Assembly (NCBI GenBank): GCA_030141605.1
Contig: JAQGDQ010000003.1
Span: forward strand, 434,001 to 498,000
DNA from: Tubiluchus corallicola
Lineage: Eukaryota > Animalia > Priapulida
Length of the DNA stretch: 64,000 nt
Direction: 5' to 3'
In this document: piece by piece, positions 15,001 to 29,000 of the stretch
Position numbering within the stretch: position 1 is the first letter of the stretch
How the letters are laid out: the number at the start of each line of letters is the position of its first letter
Made by a program: the position numbers and the translations under genes
Notes under the pieces: model-generated
What the model saw: only the letters and a program-made list of their open reading frames with translations
What the model was told of the DNA's origin: nothing
Database searches by the model: none

Positions 15001-18000
15001 TTTATATTAATGCTACATTAGAAGCAATGAGAGAAACGTTGTTATTATTTTGAGTTGCTGGTCACCCACTAAATTTCGTAAGTAATCACATAAATAAATT
15101 CACAAGTGCAGCAGGGTAGCATCTGAATTTAGCTTTATACATATCAATATTTAAAGTATGTTTAATGCAGTAGCGAACTGGCCCACCGGGATACCGGGAA
15201 ATTTCCTGGTGGGCCACAAAGTGATGGACTGTCATTTTACAAATAAGCAAAAAAAAATCAAGAAAGTAAAAAGTAAAAAAAAAAAAAATATTGCGTAGAT
15301 TCTCAGATTTAAACAAGGCTTCTTTGATGCCACAATGTTTTTCGGTTAGATAATAGATATCCTCAATTCCTGGCTTGATGAACTTTTTTTCATTTTTAAG
15401 GATATTTTTTAAGTTTGTTTTCATTTATGAGATATTAAGCACATTATAAGAAATATTTCTCCAGTAATTCAAAATTTGAGGCATCGGGTAAAAAGTGCAA
15501 AATATTTTTATCACATCATGAAAAACAGTTATATATATATAGTATATTAAATATATATATATATATACACATTTCCCGTTACAAATTATTCCACATAACA
15601 GCAGTATAAGATCTGCAATGAAATTATGTATTGCAAAAATGAGAAATGGTCTCGTTTTTTTATTTCATTTTTTGCTGTTGTCGTTAATGTAGTATGCACA
15701 CTTGCTGCACACAGTAGAAATTTAGGACAATTACTACGTGGCTCATATACCGGTGCAATGCAGAAAAGTCCCACTAAAACAATGTGCAGTGTCAAGTCAG
15801 ACTAGTTCATTTGCAGCTGACCAAGTGATCAGTTACAAATAGTTCACTTCAGTTTCACTTTCATATGGAAAAAATGTTGAGTCTCCCAAATTTGATATGA
15901 AAGTTACTTTTGAGACTAATTCACTTTTTGATAAATGGCATATCTTTGACACTGATTTAACAAGTTTCTTGTTATTGCAGGTGTACAGTACCCTGAGATC
16001 GGCCTTAGAATATCTGTAAACTGAAGGAGTAGATTATCCTAGTGCCTGGAATATGGTAGAAAAAGCAAAAGAAGTTCTATGATTGAGATTTTCATTTTTA
16101 TTATAAAATTACTAAAATTTCTAGTATTTGTATTATGCACACATTAACAAATAAATAAATATAACAATATTGAATAGATGTAACAGTTTATTTATCTAAA
16201 ACCTTTACTTTTATTTTATTTCTTTGACTACATTTTGAGATTAAGTGGGTCCTTTTGACTAGGCCCTTTTACAAGTTTACCCGGTAGAAATTTTTGACCT
16301 AGTCCGAATTAACTAGTTTATTTTGCATGTCAAATAAAGTTTCAACACTCATTGTATTATCACTAATACAATCTGCAGTCTGTAAATCATATACAGTCAG
16401 CATACAGACAAATAAACATAATCAGTGACAATGATACGTTTTAGTACTTAACAAAACTTTTTTGAAATAAACAGCAAAGTATAAAAACCACAGGAAGTAG
16501 GGAACTTCTTATGTGCAGTGGTTGGCGCAGTTGTGTTGCCCTTACACCAGAGCAGTATAAACACAGAAGAAAAAGTACAACAAGCTGTCTTTAATCCTAA
16601 ATTATAGGTAGCTCTAAGTACATTTGTGTGTTTTTGCAAACGTTCACCATTGTTGTGTCATAAATATTCGCAACGGCATCCAACTGTGGAGTTGTGAAAT
16701 TAATACTGCATTGTTCGAAAACGAAATACATAACAATAGGTGAGTTACATCACTTCCACCTTTAATACACTTTGTCCGCAGTGTAAATTATCGGATTTAA
16801 ATTCCCAGTGTCTGGATATAAATCTTTAAAAAGCCACTTAGCGTTAATCAAGTTTTTTAACTCTTGCGAATGCTTTTCATTTCACTCAGATTTGCATGAT
16901 GTTTTCTGCATATAGACAAAATCATAAAAAAGCCAAACAAACAACTGTTCATTACAAACTAACTTTTCAGCAAAATGCATAAAAACTGAAAAGCGAACAG
17001 CTAGGCTTTTGTAAAATTGTATTGCCATTGTTACTCAGAGCAAATACTACTTAAGAAACATGCAAAGACTAGTTTAGCTTAAAGCACTAATGAATAATCT
17101 TTATGCAAGACACTTCTGAGTCAAGCATCTTTTGAATTTAAAGCTGTATTTTAATCATTTTCTCTGGAATCTTGCATTGCTTCAAGACGGAAGAGGTCAA
17201 AACAAAACTTACACAAACATTTTCCATAAGAGCTCCACCACCGTCAAGAATATCTCCATATACAACACTTGCTATGCTGCATTTATTGAAGGTCATAACA
17301 TTCTGAAAGCAAATATTGAACATGTTTTACCTGAAGAAATATTCATTTGACATTTCACAGAAATGTTGGCAAATGCACGATAGAATGCAGATGTTCACTT
17401 GCTGAAAATCAAATTCTGTGGACAGCTAATTACATTATGACAGAAATATATTATGTCAGAAGAGAATGTCCTTAGGACTGCAAAATATGCTTATAAGATT
17501 TTTAGAATGAGGCAAAGCAAGATATATATTTAATACATGACTTGTCCATTCAGGTATATGTTAAAATTCCATATTATATATTTTCTTTTATTTGATATTC
17601 TATGTAAATGAACTGCACAGTTATTATGTGATAAATTTTCACGAAATTGACTTGTAAGCCCAAGTGGGCTGGAAACAGCTTTAATAACATTTTACAGTAT
17701 TAATTAACACATGAATTATTACATTGTTATTATCATATGTTTATGTCAATAAAGATATTCAATCAATCAATCAATCAATTACAAAGTAAATAGACATTCT
17801 AACCACCTCATTAAAATAAATGCATCTGTCAAATAAAAATTTTCTATAAATTTGAGCAGACTGCAAGTCAAATAAGAACAACATCTGATGTTCAAAGCTA
17901 TGTTACTAAAACAGATGACTTTATGTCACTTATAGTGAATGGTTATTATATATTACTAATCATTTATGCAGTTTTAATTATTAATGCTGTGTTAAACTGT

Positions 18001-19966
18001 CATGTAATATTATTTTAAACCAAATTTTAAAAAGCACATACATCTGTAACCCCTGTAATTAATACTTCTGAATGTTTGTTTTTTGTTGTTTTTTTTTGAA
18101 GAAAGAAGGCAACACACAAAACTAATTGCCTAACACACGAAGTAAAAAACTTCAAAAGTCTGTATACAGTCACATAATTGAGCAATACAAAGGTTTTGTA
18201 AACAATGCAAGCAGGTTTGCTGCTTTTTGTTTATGCTTTTCAGACAAACCTTCCATAATTATAACAGAGTTTGCTTTCCAGGTTGAACAGATATAAATTT
18301 GCCCACAAAAACATTTTGTTTAAATTACACAAAGCTAGTACCTGAGTCAATGTTCCCGTTTTATCTGAAAATATATATTCAATTTGTCCTAGTTCTTCAT
18401 TAAGTGTAGTTGTCCTAGACTTTGCTGGAGTGTCTGTTGGTCCGTAGTACATGTGTTTGTCCCAGTTAATCCACCAACTGTGGGCAAATCGGATAATTTC
18501 CACACTGTAGCAAAATGTGAAAGGCATACACTACTATATAAAACATCAATACACACAAGCAACAAAGGATATATTATAACAATGAATTATAGTAACTAAA
18601 CCAACAGAAAAACCATTTAACAATTAAGTCTCAAAATAAGTCAAAGGGACATTAGCTTTAACCTACACAAAAAAACCTGAAAACAAAATACAAGAACTTA
18701 CCTGACATACAAAGATATAGGCACAACAGTATTCAGCACAATAATATAAGAGAAAAAGACAAGAAGAGCTATGACAGTTGCGGAGCCTCCTTTACTGTTT
18801 AACGACTCTGTGAGGGATGCCCACGGGAGATAAACCTGGAAGTTGTAACCTGAAGTTGCCTCCCAGATGCCTGAACACACTGTACAGATGACACACATGC
18901 ACATCAAAAAAAGAAAGATCTGAAACGAAGCATAATTAACTCATTTATATTGAGATTGAGTTTACCCCTTTTCACTTTTATGCATAATGCCCTGCCTACC
19001 AGTGCTAGAGTGCAGAAATGCCTAAGCATCTTTACTTTTGCTTTTAAGTCAATGGAAGCTTCTGCTTCTGTGTTCAAAATTTTAAGCATTTAGTATACAC
19101 AGTATTCACTAAAACACATTAGAAAGTATTACTATATATACATATACAGTATACATTGCAATTCGCTTAATAAATCCACCTTGGTGTAAAGCTAAATTGA
19201 TTTATTAACCGAGGAGACCTATTAAGTAGCATTTTCTATGTTATTACAGTGCTATGTTATTGTTTATTTATGAAGCCAAGACTTTAAAACTCAGCACACT
19301 GCTTGCAAGAGGCTTTTCAGTAAAGCACAATAATTTATTAGAGTTCACGTAATTAAAGCAACTCCCATAAAATGTGTATGGTTTATCTATGGTCCATTAC
19401 CCTTAATATGTGATAAGCTTCTTTCCAAGTTAAAATTCAGCATTCATTTATTTGTGTCATTAATGTGCTCATGCACAAATGTTTACAGCAAGAATTAGCA
19501 AAGTTAGTTTAACCTAATTATGCATGCAAAATTAGCAAGACTACAGAATACATGAAACATGTCTGGGTTGGTCTGTTTTACTGAAATTTTTTTCGAAGAT
19601 GCATTTGCGTGAGTTCGGTGAGTGTTTCCAGCGAGTTGCATTTGATCAGTAATTTCTGGTTCACCGTAGTCATCACCAATGTCTTGCTGATCAGGGTTGT
19701 TAAGCGAAAAAAATGGATAGTTACAAGACATATTTAGAAAAAAGATGCTGATTCAGCTCAAGTTAAAGCGTGGGACAATCGTGTGGTCTTATGTCACAAG
19801 CGTGCAACATGGATTTAGAAAACGAAGTTTGGATTTATTAATCGGCGGATTTTACTAGGTTAAAGTATTATGCAGATCTGTTCCAGCAATGGTGGACAAA
19901 GTAAGCAGCTGGGTTTCTTGAGTGAATTCTACTGTATATACATGCACGCACGCACGCATGCACACA

Positions 19967-20035
<69 letters not shown>

Positions 20036-23000
20036 GTATATATTCAGTTTCTAGCAATATTACTTTCTTAACACTCATATAATGCAAAATTATACACAAT
20101 GGTACTAGCATTGTATATAATTTTGCATAACGTAAGGGTTAAGAAAGTACTATTGCTGGAAACTGAATTTTTATTAATAGATTTAAACAAGGCAATAATC
20201 ATGCAGATGAAACTGCAACAATTGTGTATTACTTATCAAGTGTTAAATTTTTTCTCAATGAACACCTATTTCAAAATTCAGAAGGACACGTTATTGGTTA
20301 TTTGACATACCAAGCTGTACAATTCTGTTAAAGTTAATGAAAGTAATTCACATACCCCTATGATCAATATATTCAGAAATCGATCAATACTGGTTCTTTT
20401 GAATTTTGCTTGTCCACTGTTTTGCATCAGCTTTGTGTCCCGGCCGGCAAACAGCACAAGGCCATAACACCACTTAGTATTGCGAAGCACGCAACCCCTA
20501 TATAAAATCTTGAAAAATAAAAAAGAAAAAAATGGTCAGCAAAAGCGACACCAAAATGCCAATATACCGATAAAGATCTTCATCTCAAAAATGCATGTGT
20601 GACCCAGTAAAATTTACCAAAGTATTAGTTTAAAAGCTAAAGTTTGTTGGTTCTACAAAACTGAAATGGGTGACCCTAAAAAATGCAAACTCACAAATAT
20701 GAATATGTGATACACTAAATATGGATATACTTGATATACGGATATACTTGAGAATTACATTTTCTTCCCCTTTAATTAAACTACAGCAAAAAGTCACCTT
20801 GTCATTGTCCAGGGAATACTTAGCAGTTTTCCAGTTCATTGTACCTTCAAACTTGCTCAAGTTGTTGTTAGGTGGTTCACAAACAATTTCCGCTATGAAA
20901 AACATTTAAACTATTTTGAGAGAGCACAGACAAGATGCACACGTGTATAATTTAGACATTATACAAAGTAATTCACGTCAAATCCTGCAATACCAGTCAC
21001 ATTTTGCAAAAATTCGTGTTCAGTAGTTTATGGAATCAGAGTTTATAAATGTTTCTACTAGACTATTGTTTGTAGTAGCACTGCACAATAAAATGCAAAT
21101 GAATTTATCAAAGTTGTTACTTAACTCCTTTACAACTTATCTTCAAAATTAGCTCTCGGCATTTCAAGGCTAGCAGCAATGCAATTCCTGTTGGCTAAAA
21201 TCACCTAATGCCTTGAGCTATCATATCCAAGTTAAGTACAGCTAGTAAGTGACAAGAGTTGGTTGACAAATCCTGTAACAAAGCCTGAGCATATTCTTGC
21301 AATGTCACAAAATTTTCTCTTTCAACAACATAGGAGCCTGTTTTGCCCCTTTCCCAGATTGCCGTTTCGTAATTTCCACGATTCTGTTAGTTTAATGTCC
21401 AGGAATGTAATAATGCACCAAAAACAAAAGTTTCATTTAATTCACAAGGTTTTTAGTCTGAAGTAATCAAATATGATAAAAAATAAACACAAGTAGTAAA
21501 AGGAAGGTCTTCATATAATTGGTGAGTATGTCGACATCTACAGTCTTACCATTAAAATTTGCAATTTCTAGAATGTTGTCAAGCATAGCAGCGGTATCGG
21601 GTATAGCTTGGCGACATTTCAGATTTGTTTCTCTGTAAATTGAATAAAAAGAAGTTTTCTTTTTGTCAATCTTAACTGCTTTAACAACTGGTACACCATT
21701 TTATGAAAAATGCTTGTTAAAACTGCAGACAGAATGGTTTTAATTTAAACTAATTATTATTTAATTGAATATCATACTTATTCCAAAGAAAATTAAAAAT
21801 TATACAGAAATATTTATGCGACAAAATTGTCAATATTTAGATCACTTATATGTATTTGCGACAGATATGTTCTTGAACATAGCAACTGTTGGAACCACTC
21901 CAAAATTAAGAACTAGTACAATAAAACATGCTATAAGCAATAATTACCCATCCAATTCAGCAGTTTCTATGTAACAAAGCCCATGAGGTTCACTTGTTGA
22001 AAGCAATAAAAGATCAGCCTAAAATTGAATAGAACCTATCAGCATTGCAAGCTGACTTTAAATAAAGATTATTATTATTATGTCATTTTTGCATCAGTAT
22101 TAAATCCTGTGATATCTAGAAATCCTGTAAGGAAGATGTGATATATGTACCTATTAATTTTGGAAGAAATAATAGGCCAAGACCAATATTCTGTTAGTCA
22201 CATAATATTCAGCTTTCATAAGATTTCAGAATATTTCAAATTCTGGATATTACTGTATTACTACAAGTGATCTACAGTGATTCTGCTTCTCATGCAAGAC
22301 ATTCATTTCCAGTCACAAAGCCAAAAAACATCTAGGTGATTTCAACATCATCCGAAATGTGGTGGTATCTACTGCTTAATCAAAATATGAAGTAACTGTT
22401 GAGTCACTTCACTTTAAAGCTTTAATTTTAATTTAAATTTGTTTGCGACAGTTGCACAAAGACAAATTCTTTTAAGTCAATCATACGATTTTCCATTTAT
22501 TCACGCAAGTCTGGTGGTTTTTTGCCATGCCTCAGTTCCATATTATATTAAAACATGTGCAGGATATGTTAAAAGATTCATTTAATGACAATCTTAAATG
22601 TATAGATAGCCCCAACTCAAACTGCACTCTATCTGTTTTAACCTGTTCACCAATAATTAATACTAGCTAGAATTATTGTCGCCGGGTCTTTTGTGAAGGC
22701 TGTTGCTAAGTTTTCAATCATACCTGCTGCACGGCAGTGAAAACAACAGCAATAAATATGGATTACCACTAATGACGTGGATGTCACCAGGGGAGACAGA
22801 AATGATTTACACTTTGTTGTCATTGCCACCAAGTTTACACAAATGGTGACGTATCAATCAAAAGCTTAAATCAATTTGCTGTTCAAATTTTGTAGTAAAA
22901 CATTTTGTATAGAAAGCACCTATGGTGCACAAAAGCAATTTATGCCTCTGGTTGAGTACGTGTCATGTGTCACATGTTACAATTTTCGATATGCACACAG

Positions 23001-26000
23001 TATTATTGAACAATACTATTCAACCCAACAATAAAACATCTATTATTAAAAGTAATGCATCAGTTGAGATACTAAAAATAGCCATAGGTACTAATAAAAT
23101 GTTTACAATGAAAGAATGCCGATAAAGATGTGTGTGATTCATATACACAGGAAAAAGTGTAACAATCTTTATTAATTCTGTGTAACAATATAAACCTAAT
23201 CAAAATAACGACTGTTAGTAAATGCACTTTTCAAATATATTTAAGTATCTTAAGCAGGATGAATAGCCGAATGGTCATGATACATAATTCGCAATATGCT
23301 AAGTAATGCCGATTAGTGATTACATGAAAGCTGCCTTTGAGTGCCTTTAGTACTTTTAGAATCAGTTTTGGCCATCGACTGCTAGTAATGGCCATAATTT
23401 TGCATAGATATTTCATATACATAGTACTTACTGCAATGAAATGGTCATTTTCCATGCGTATGATATCTCCCACTTGAACATTCTGCCAGCAATCTTCTAC
23501 CACCTTGTTACCACGCAACACCATAGACCGACGGTTGTTAACCAAATTGTCATTCCTATGTCTTTGCTACAGAAAAATAAGTTTATAAACAATTTGTTCT
23601 GCATATGCCAAACACACAGCTACATATTCAAATGATGCTTCTAACCACCTGTGTTAACATATCTTCAGCATACATTTCATGTTGCCACAAGTGGTAAAAT
23701 GATTGGAGCAACAGCAAGATGTGAAGTTGGACAAGAAATTTAAAAAATGTTGTTGTGCAAACACATTTTACTGCTAAAATGCAAATAATATTTACACAAG
23801 ATGGCAATAATTTAATTATGCAATTTTGAATTTCACCAATAAACCACAAATTTACACTTTGCACAGAGAATGGCATTCTGAATATTTCACAAATTCACAT
23901 TTATAATCAAGTGTGAGATTATGCAAATATAAAGCAAAAAATATGAAGCAGCTGGTTACGATAAAAAATTTTTTGCTATTCCCTAAGGACATTTAAAAAA
24001 ACAAGCAGACACACAGCAACTATTACAAATGCTGGACGTCCTCAAGTTCTTGGACTTAGTGCTGTGATACTTTATGTATAAAGCATCTTTACAAAACAAA
24101 TTTACTTTTTGCACATTATCAGAACGCTGAAATCACTCCACTAAGTCACTGACATGCTCAAAAAAGAGTTAAGCACTTGAACTGTTCCAATGAATGGAAT
24201 GTTTATTTAGTACAAGTTTTGAAATTTTAATGATCATAACATATTTTCAGAAACATGTTTAGTTATGAAGTCATGTACAAAGAGACGTATAGAAAATATG
24301 AAATTTAGACTTAGAAACACATTTATTCAATAATACTCTTAAAGAGAACTGGAGTTTTCACAGAAAGAATAAGTACTGTTCATTGTACACTAATAACACC
24401 CATAATGGAATATGCTTGCCTTGCACAGTATACTTCTCTACCATTAGAACAAAGTTAGTAGAGACAACCAGAAACCAGTTTTAAGATTACATTTGTCAAA
24501 TTACTTATTTGCAAATGAAGAAGTTTGTGCTAAATTTTTCAAGTTAATCCAAAATCATGATAACAGATCTTAAAAATGCGACCATCATATACTCGTAAGA
24601 AACTGAGGTAAACCTCCCTTCTTTGCCAAACACAGCATTACAAAAATAGTTTCAGACATTATATACTGCTACATTATTAATAATTGTAAAATTGACTATA
24701 TTGTCATTTTCATTGTAATGTAATTTAACCTTTGGGTTATTATTTTACATTTTAATAAACTTAACTACTTAACTAGTGTAACCAAGTTTGACATTAGCAT
24801 TAAATAATTCACTGTTTAAGGCACAGGTGCAGTCATTGTCTTATTACCTGCCCAATGTTTTGGTGACATTGTCCCAGTGCTAGATGGAAGAACTATGTTA
24901 AAGAAATGGCTAAGAACATATAAAAAATATGGTTCCCAATCCCAGTATCATGCTTAAACATATCTGCTTCTTGAAGCTATGCTCTATCTTTACAAATTGG
25001 CTGTCTGACCCAATATGAAGTATTTGCAACCATTGCAGCCAAGGTGCCTCAGCTTGTTGCCTTAATCTGCTTGACAGACTACAACACTGTAATTATATAA
25101 AAAGTCATATTCTAAGAGCTTCCACCATAAAATAATCATTATCGTCTACCTTTTTTTAAATATCCAAAGGAATAGCAGACAACACTTCCTATAATTATTT
25201 TATTAAGAAAGCTTCTTATACTATAGTATTTGCAGTACAAAATACTATTATAATAATTAATGTGTCTTCAAGTGTTCTTTAAAATGTCCAGAAAATAGCA
25301 GAATTAACTTTACAATAGCTAACTTGCTACGGGAATTTTCATATACTACTGCTTGCAGTAATCTCACACTTCACAAATTGGTCCTTATGCTCATATGAAA
25401 TAAATAAAACATTATGCTGTGCGACTGATAATCTTCTCCATTTATGTATAAAAAGAGAAAACCATTATAATACATACAACGTCATCAAAGGCATCCTTTA
25501 GAGCTGTGAGCAGAAGTACAGTGATCAGTGGAATCATGGTCGTGTATGGAGTCAGAGAGCTGATCGTCGGGGTAAGCTACAGTGCCAGAGAGAACACAGG
25601 TGACAATAAACAGCAAACCAAACGTGCATGTGCAAAAACAAAGCAAACCACAGCTTTATGATAATAAAAATAGATCAATTTTGGGGGGTTCAGATTATTG
25701 AACATTTGTGGGTCAGTAAAGAATTGCATCCCCTCAATAGCCACTGTTGAATTTTGATGAAAATTTGTGATTATCATAGAAGCATACAACCATAAACATA
25801 ATGATATATGTTCTGTACTCTCTGCAATATTATCTGACTGTGCTGAACAGTCTGTACTCAAGATACTATTTTGACATTACTCAGCAAATAATAATCAAGG
25901 AAACGTTTAAAATTGCAGTGGTTGACTAGGAGTGTTATAAATTTCTGCAAATTTGCAAATAATCAATTCATCTGGCTCTTGAGTATGCGTGAGACTTTGG

Positions 26001-29000
26001 CTGAGTATTATTACATATAATATATATGAATAAATGCTACTTTTATTACAATGTTGTTAAAACCTGAGTCAAAAGATAACCTGAATAGTTTGACAATGTC
26101 AGGCAAGTTATAAACATTGCTAGAAACAAATAAAAACTGTCTAACTAGAAAAATATATAGACTTAGTGCTATGGGTATAACTGAATAAGGAAATAAAAAA
26201 TGGTTTCCTTGCTCCATAAAATGCAAAATCCCTTTTAAAAATTAAGAAAATGACTTAGTTATCTCTGTTACACAAAGACACCTATTCGTCATCATAGGAT
26301 GCAATATTAATCTATAAAATTAACCCATAAATTTATTTATTATTAAGAAATTTAAGCTATAAAGATTGATCACTTATAGACTTTTAGACTATCCCAGTGC
26401 ACCACAAAGGTAGTATACACAACTTTTTGACACGCTTAAAGACAAATTATGATGTTAAGCAAGATCTCCGGTACCTTTATGCCACTGACGAAGTACTAGT
26501 TGCCACTACACATAACCATAGTTCAAAAATCTATAAGGATTTTATCTGAAGGATTAAATTTGCCTGTGACTTACAGTGGGCGCTAGAGGACAACGACAAG
26601 AAATCGTTCAGTCAGGCAACTGAAGCTCTTATGACAATAAATCAGGCTTGGGGATGGGGAAGCCGGTTGGCATAATTGCATCATTCAATAATAGAGATGC
26701 TGGTGAACTGACTGATTGAACCTTCTTAAGTTAACAACTAACTGCAGTCCTGTCTTCTTGGCTAGAATGTATAAGAGGAGTTTAATGAACTAGTTCGCAT
26801 AATAAAGCGAGACAGTGACCGAGTACGGGGAATTTTAAGCTTATTCTATAAAATCTATAACAACATAAATGACACATTTACTGATCACGTCTTTCTGTTC
26901 TCCTTTCAACAGAAAAAGGAAAATTCGTTTTAGAAAACAGTACAATTAGTCTACCAATAGAAGCTAGCTTTTTTTAGTTATGTGCAAACATTTTGATAAA
27001 ATCCTACTAACAATAAGTCAAAAATATTGAAACAGACATTTGCTTTCTCTATACCATTTTGAAACTGGCCTGAGCTTCCTACTGCTTACTAAACAGTGCT
27101 CACACAAAGTCAAAATAAAAAATGAAAGCCACACTGGCCCACACACAAAAAAATATTATCAAAGGTACAGTTCACACTTCACACATACTTTTTATCTCAC
27201 TTACGATATCGTCAATCGCTTCTTTAAAAGACACTGCAGACAATACAGCCACTAATGGCACAATCGTAGTTACATATGTGAGAGAGCTGATCACTGGGAT
27301 TAACTAAAACCATAAAACTCAGAAATTGATTAACTGCTTAACTGCACAATGTTAGTTTTATCAAAGCAATACATTATCCTAGCCAGAAAATGAAGATACA
27401 TAATTTGATTATATATGTTGTAGCATGATTAGAAATCTTTCTGTTGACATAGCTCTAATGAGCTTGTTTTTGCATTGCATGTTTAGATGATGATAGCGAT
27501 TTTTGCCAACTGAAATTTGACCAGCTCTTTTAATATACTTTTAATAATCACTATTATGCTCTGATCGCTCTCATTTAATTGCAGCCATAAATCGAATCTG
27601 AATCGAATTACATGCGTAGCATTTTAGAATAAATCAACTTTAAATTTATTTTGAAATTGACTGCATGAATCAAGGTAAAGAAAAAAATAATACTACTCTA
27701 ATTTCAGTTTAATGTTTAGATTTAAAATGGGTAACATAATTAATTTCCACTTTCTGAATCTTTGCAAAAAAAAGCTACTGTCGCCAAAATTGATTAGGTA
27801 AAAGAATGAGTACTACATTACACTACCTTCATCTTGAAAGTCAAAGTCACCTTTAAAATATTAGCAACTTAGCAACTGTGTAACAGATGCTATGCATGTA
27901 GTTATGTGATGTCACCATTGTCTACTGTAGTTTTCCTTACTTAGAATTTGTGTTATCAATTGCCCTATGTCAGTCTTAGGAGAGGTGAGTTGATTATAAC
28001 TTGCTCACCTGATTGCATCCTATTAGGGATGGTACTCGTATTGCACTGCAAGTTCTCATTTCACGTCAATTGCGCAACTATTTTAATGCAGATTACTTAT
28101 CACTGATTTTAAGACAGGTTTTATTAATTATAATTTTGTTATTCATATAGGTCAGTACTTTGCAGTCAAGATCCAGCACTTATCCGTGGAAGGATTACTT
28201 AATGTAGGAACTAGTAGTGAGACTGCAACCTAGCTCATTTAAGTCTCTCAGATGAGTCGTTATACTGGCAGCAGCATTGTAGCCATGATCTGATATGTCT
28301 ACGTCCTTCCTCCAAGAGAGAAATAGCCAGGAAAATATGACAAAAAATTTGACTGGCAGACACGCATCCAGTTACTTATCTACCCCAATGTTGCTTAATT
28401 TTGCAGCCAAGTCCACACTGTAATCACTCCTCTGTTTTTATTGTCATTTTATAGTCTTTTATAGAATGTCTTTTGTACTAATGGGTTTTAATGTATCTAA
28501 CGGTGCCTATGATATGAATGCTTATGAAATTAAATATTCAGTATTCTACAAAGACAATTCACAATAAAAAAAACAATAATAATATCACACAAACCTGCAA
28601 TATTAGAAGAAAGAGGAAATAACGATTAGCCAGTCGCTGGAACTGTTCAAACAAATTCTTTGGTAGAAAAGTCAAGACATTATATTTGGAGGTACTAATA
28701 TAGTTGTTCTGAAAGAAAACCGATGACAATACAAATGTATTCACATTTGGATTAATAAACTTGAAAGCAACATTTAATGAACTAACTAAATGAAACACTA
28801 CGCAAAGAGTATTAAAAAGCTTCTGTCTGCAATTTAAGAACATTTTAGTCAATCAAAGAACGGTTGCTAGGTAGGAATGACTTCAGATTGATAGGATAAT
28901 AGGTCGGATCATGAAATACACAGATCAATAGATATATGAGAGGTTTCCCTAGTTGTAATTTAGCATTTCGACAGCATTAATATATTAAACCACCACTCAT

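Noticed and set aside
26575-26700. Possible third copy of the TM2 exon (minus-strand GTAAGT donor at 26569-26574 between exons A and B)
   Set aside because: There is no AG acceptor 99 nt upstream, the phase-0 frame has a stop, and there is no similarity to the TM2 peptide.
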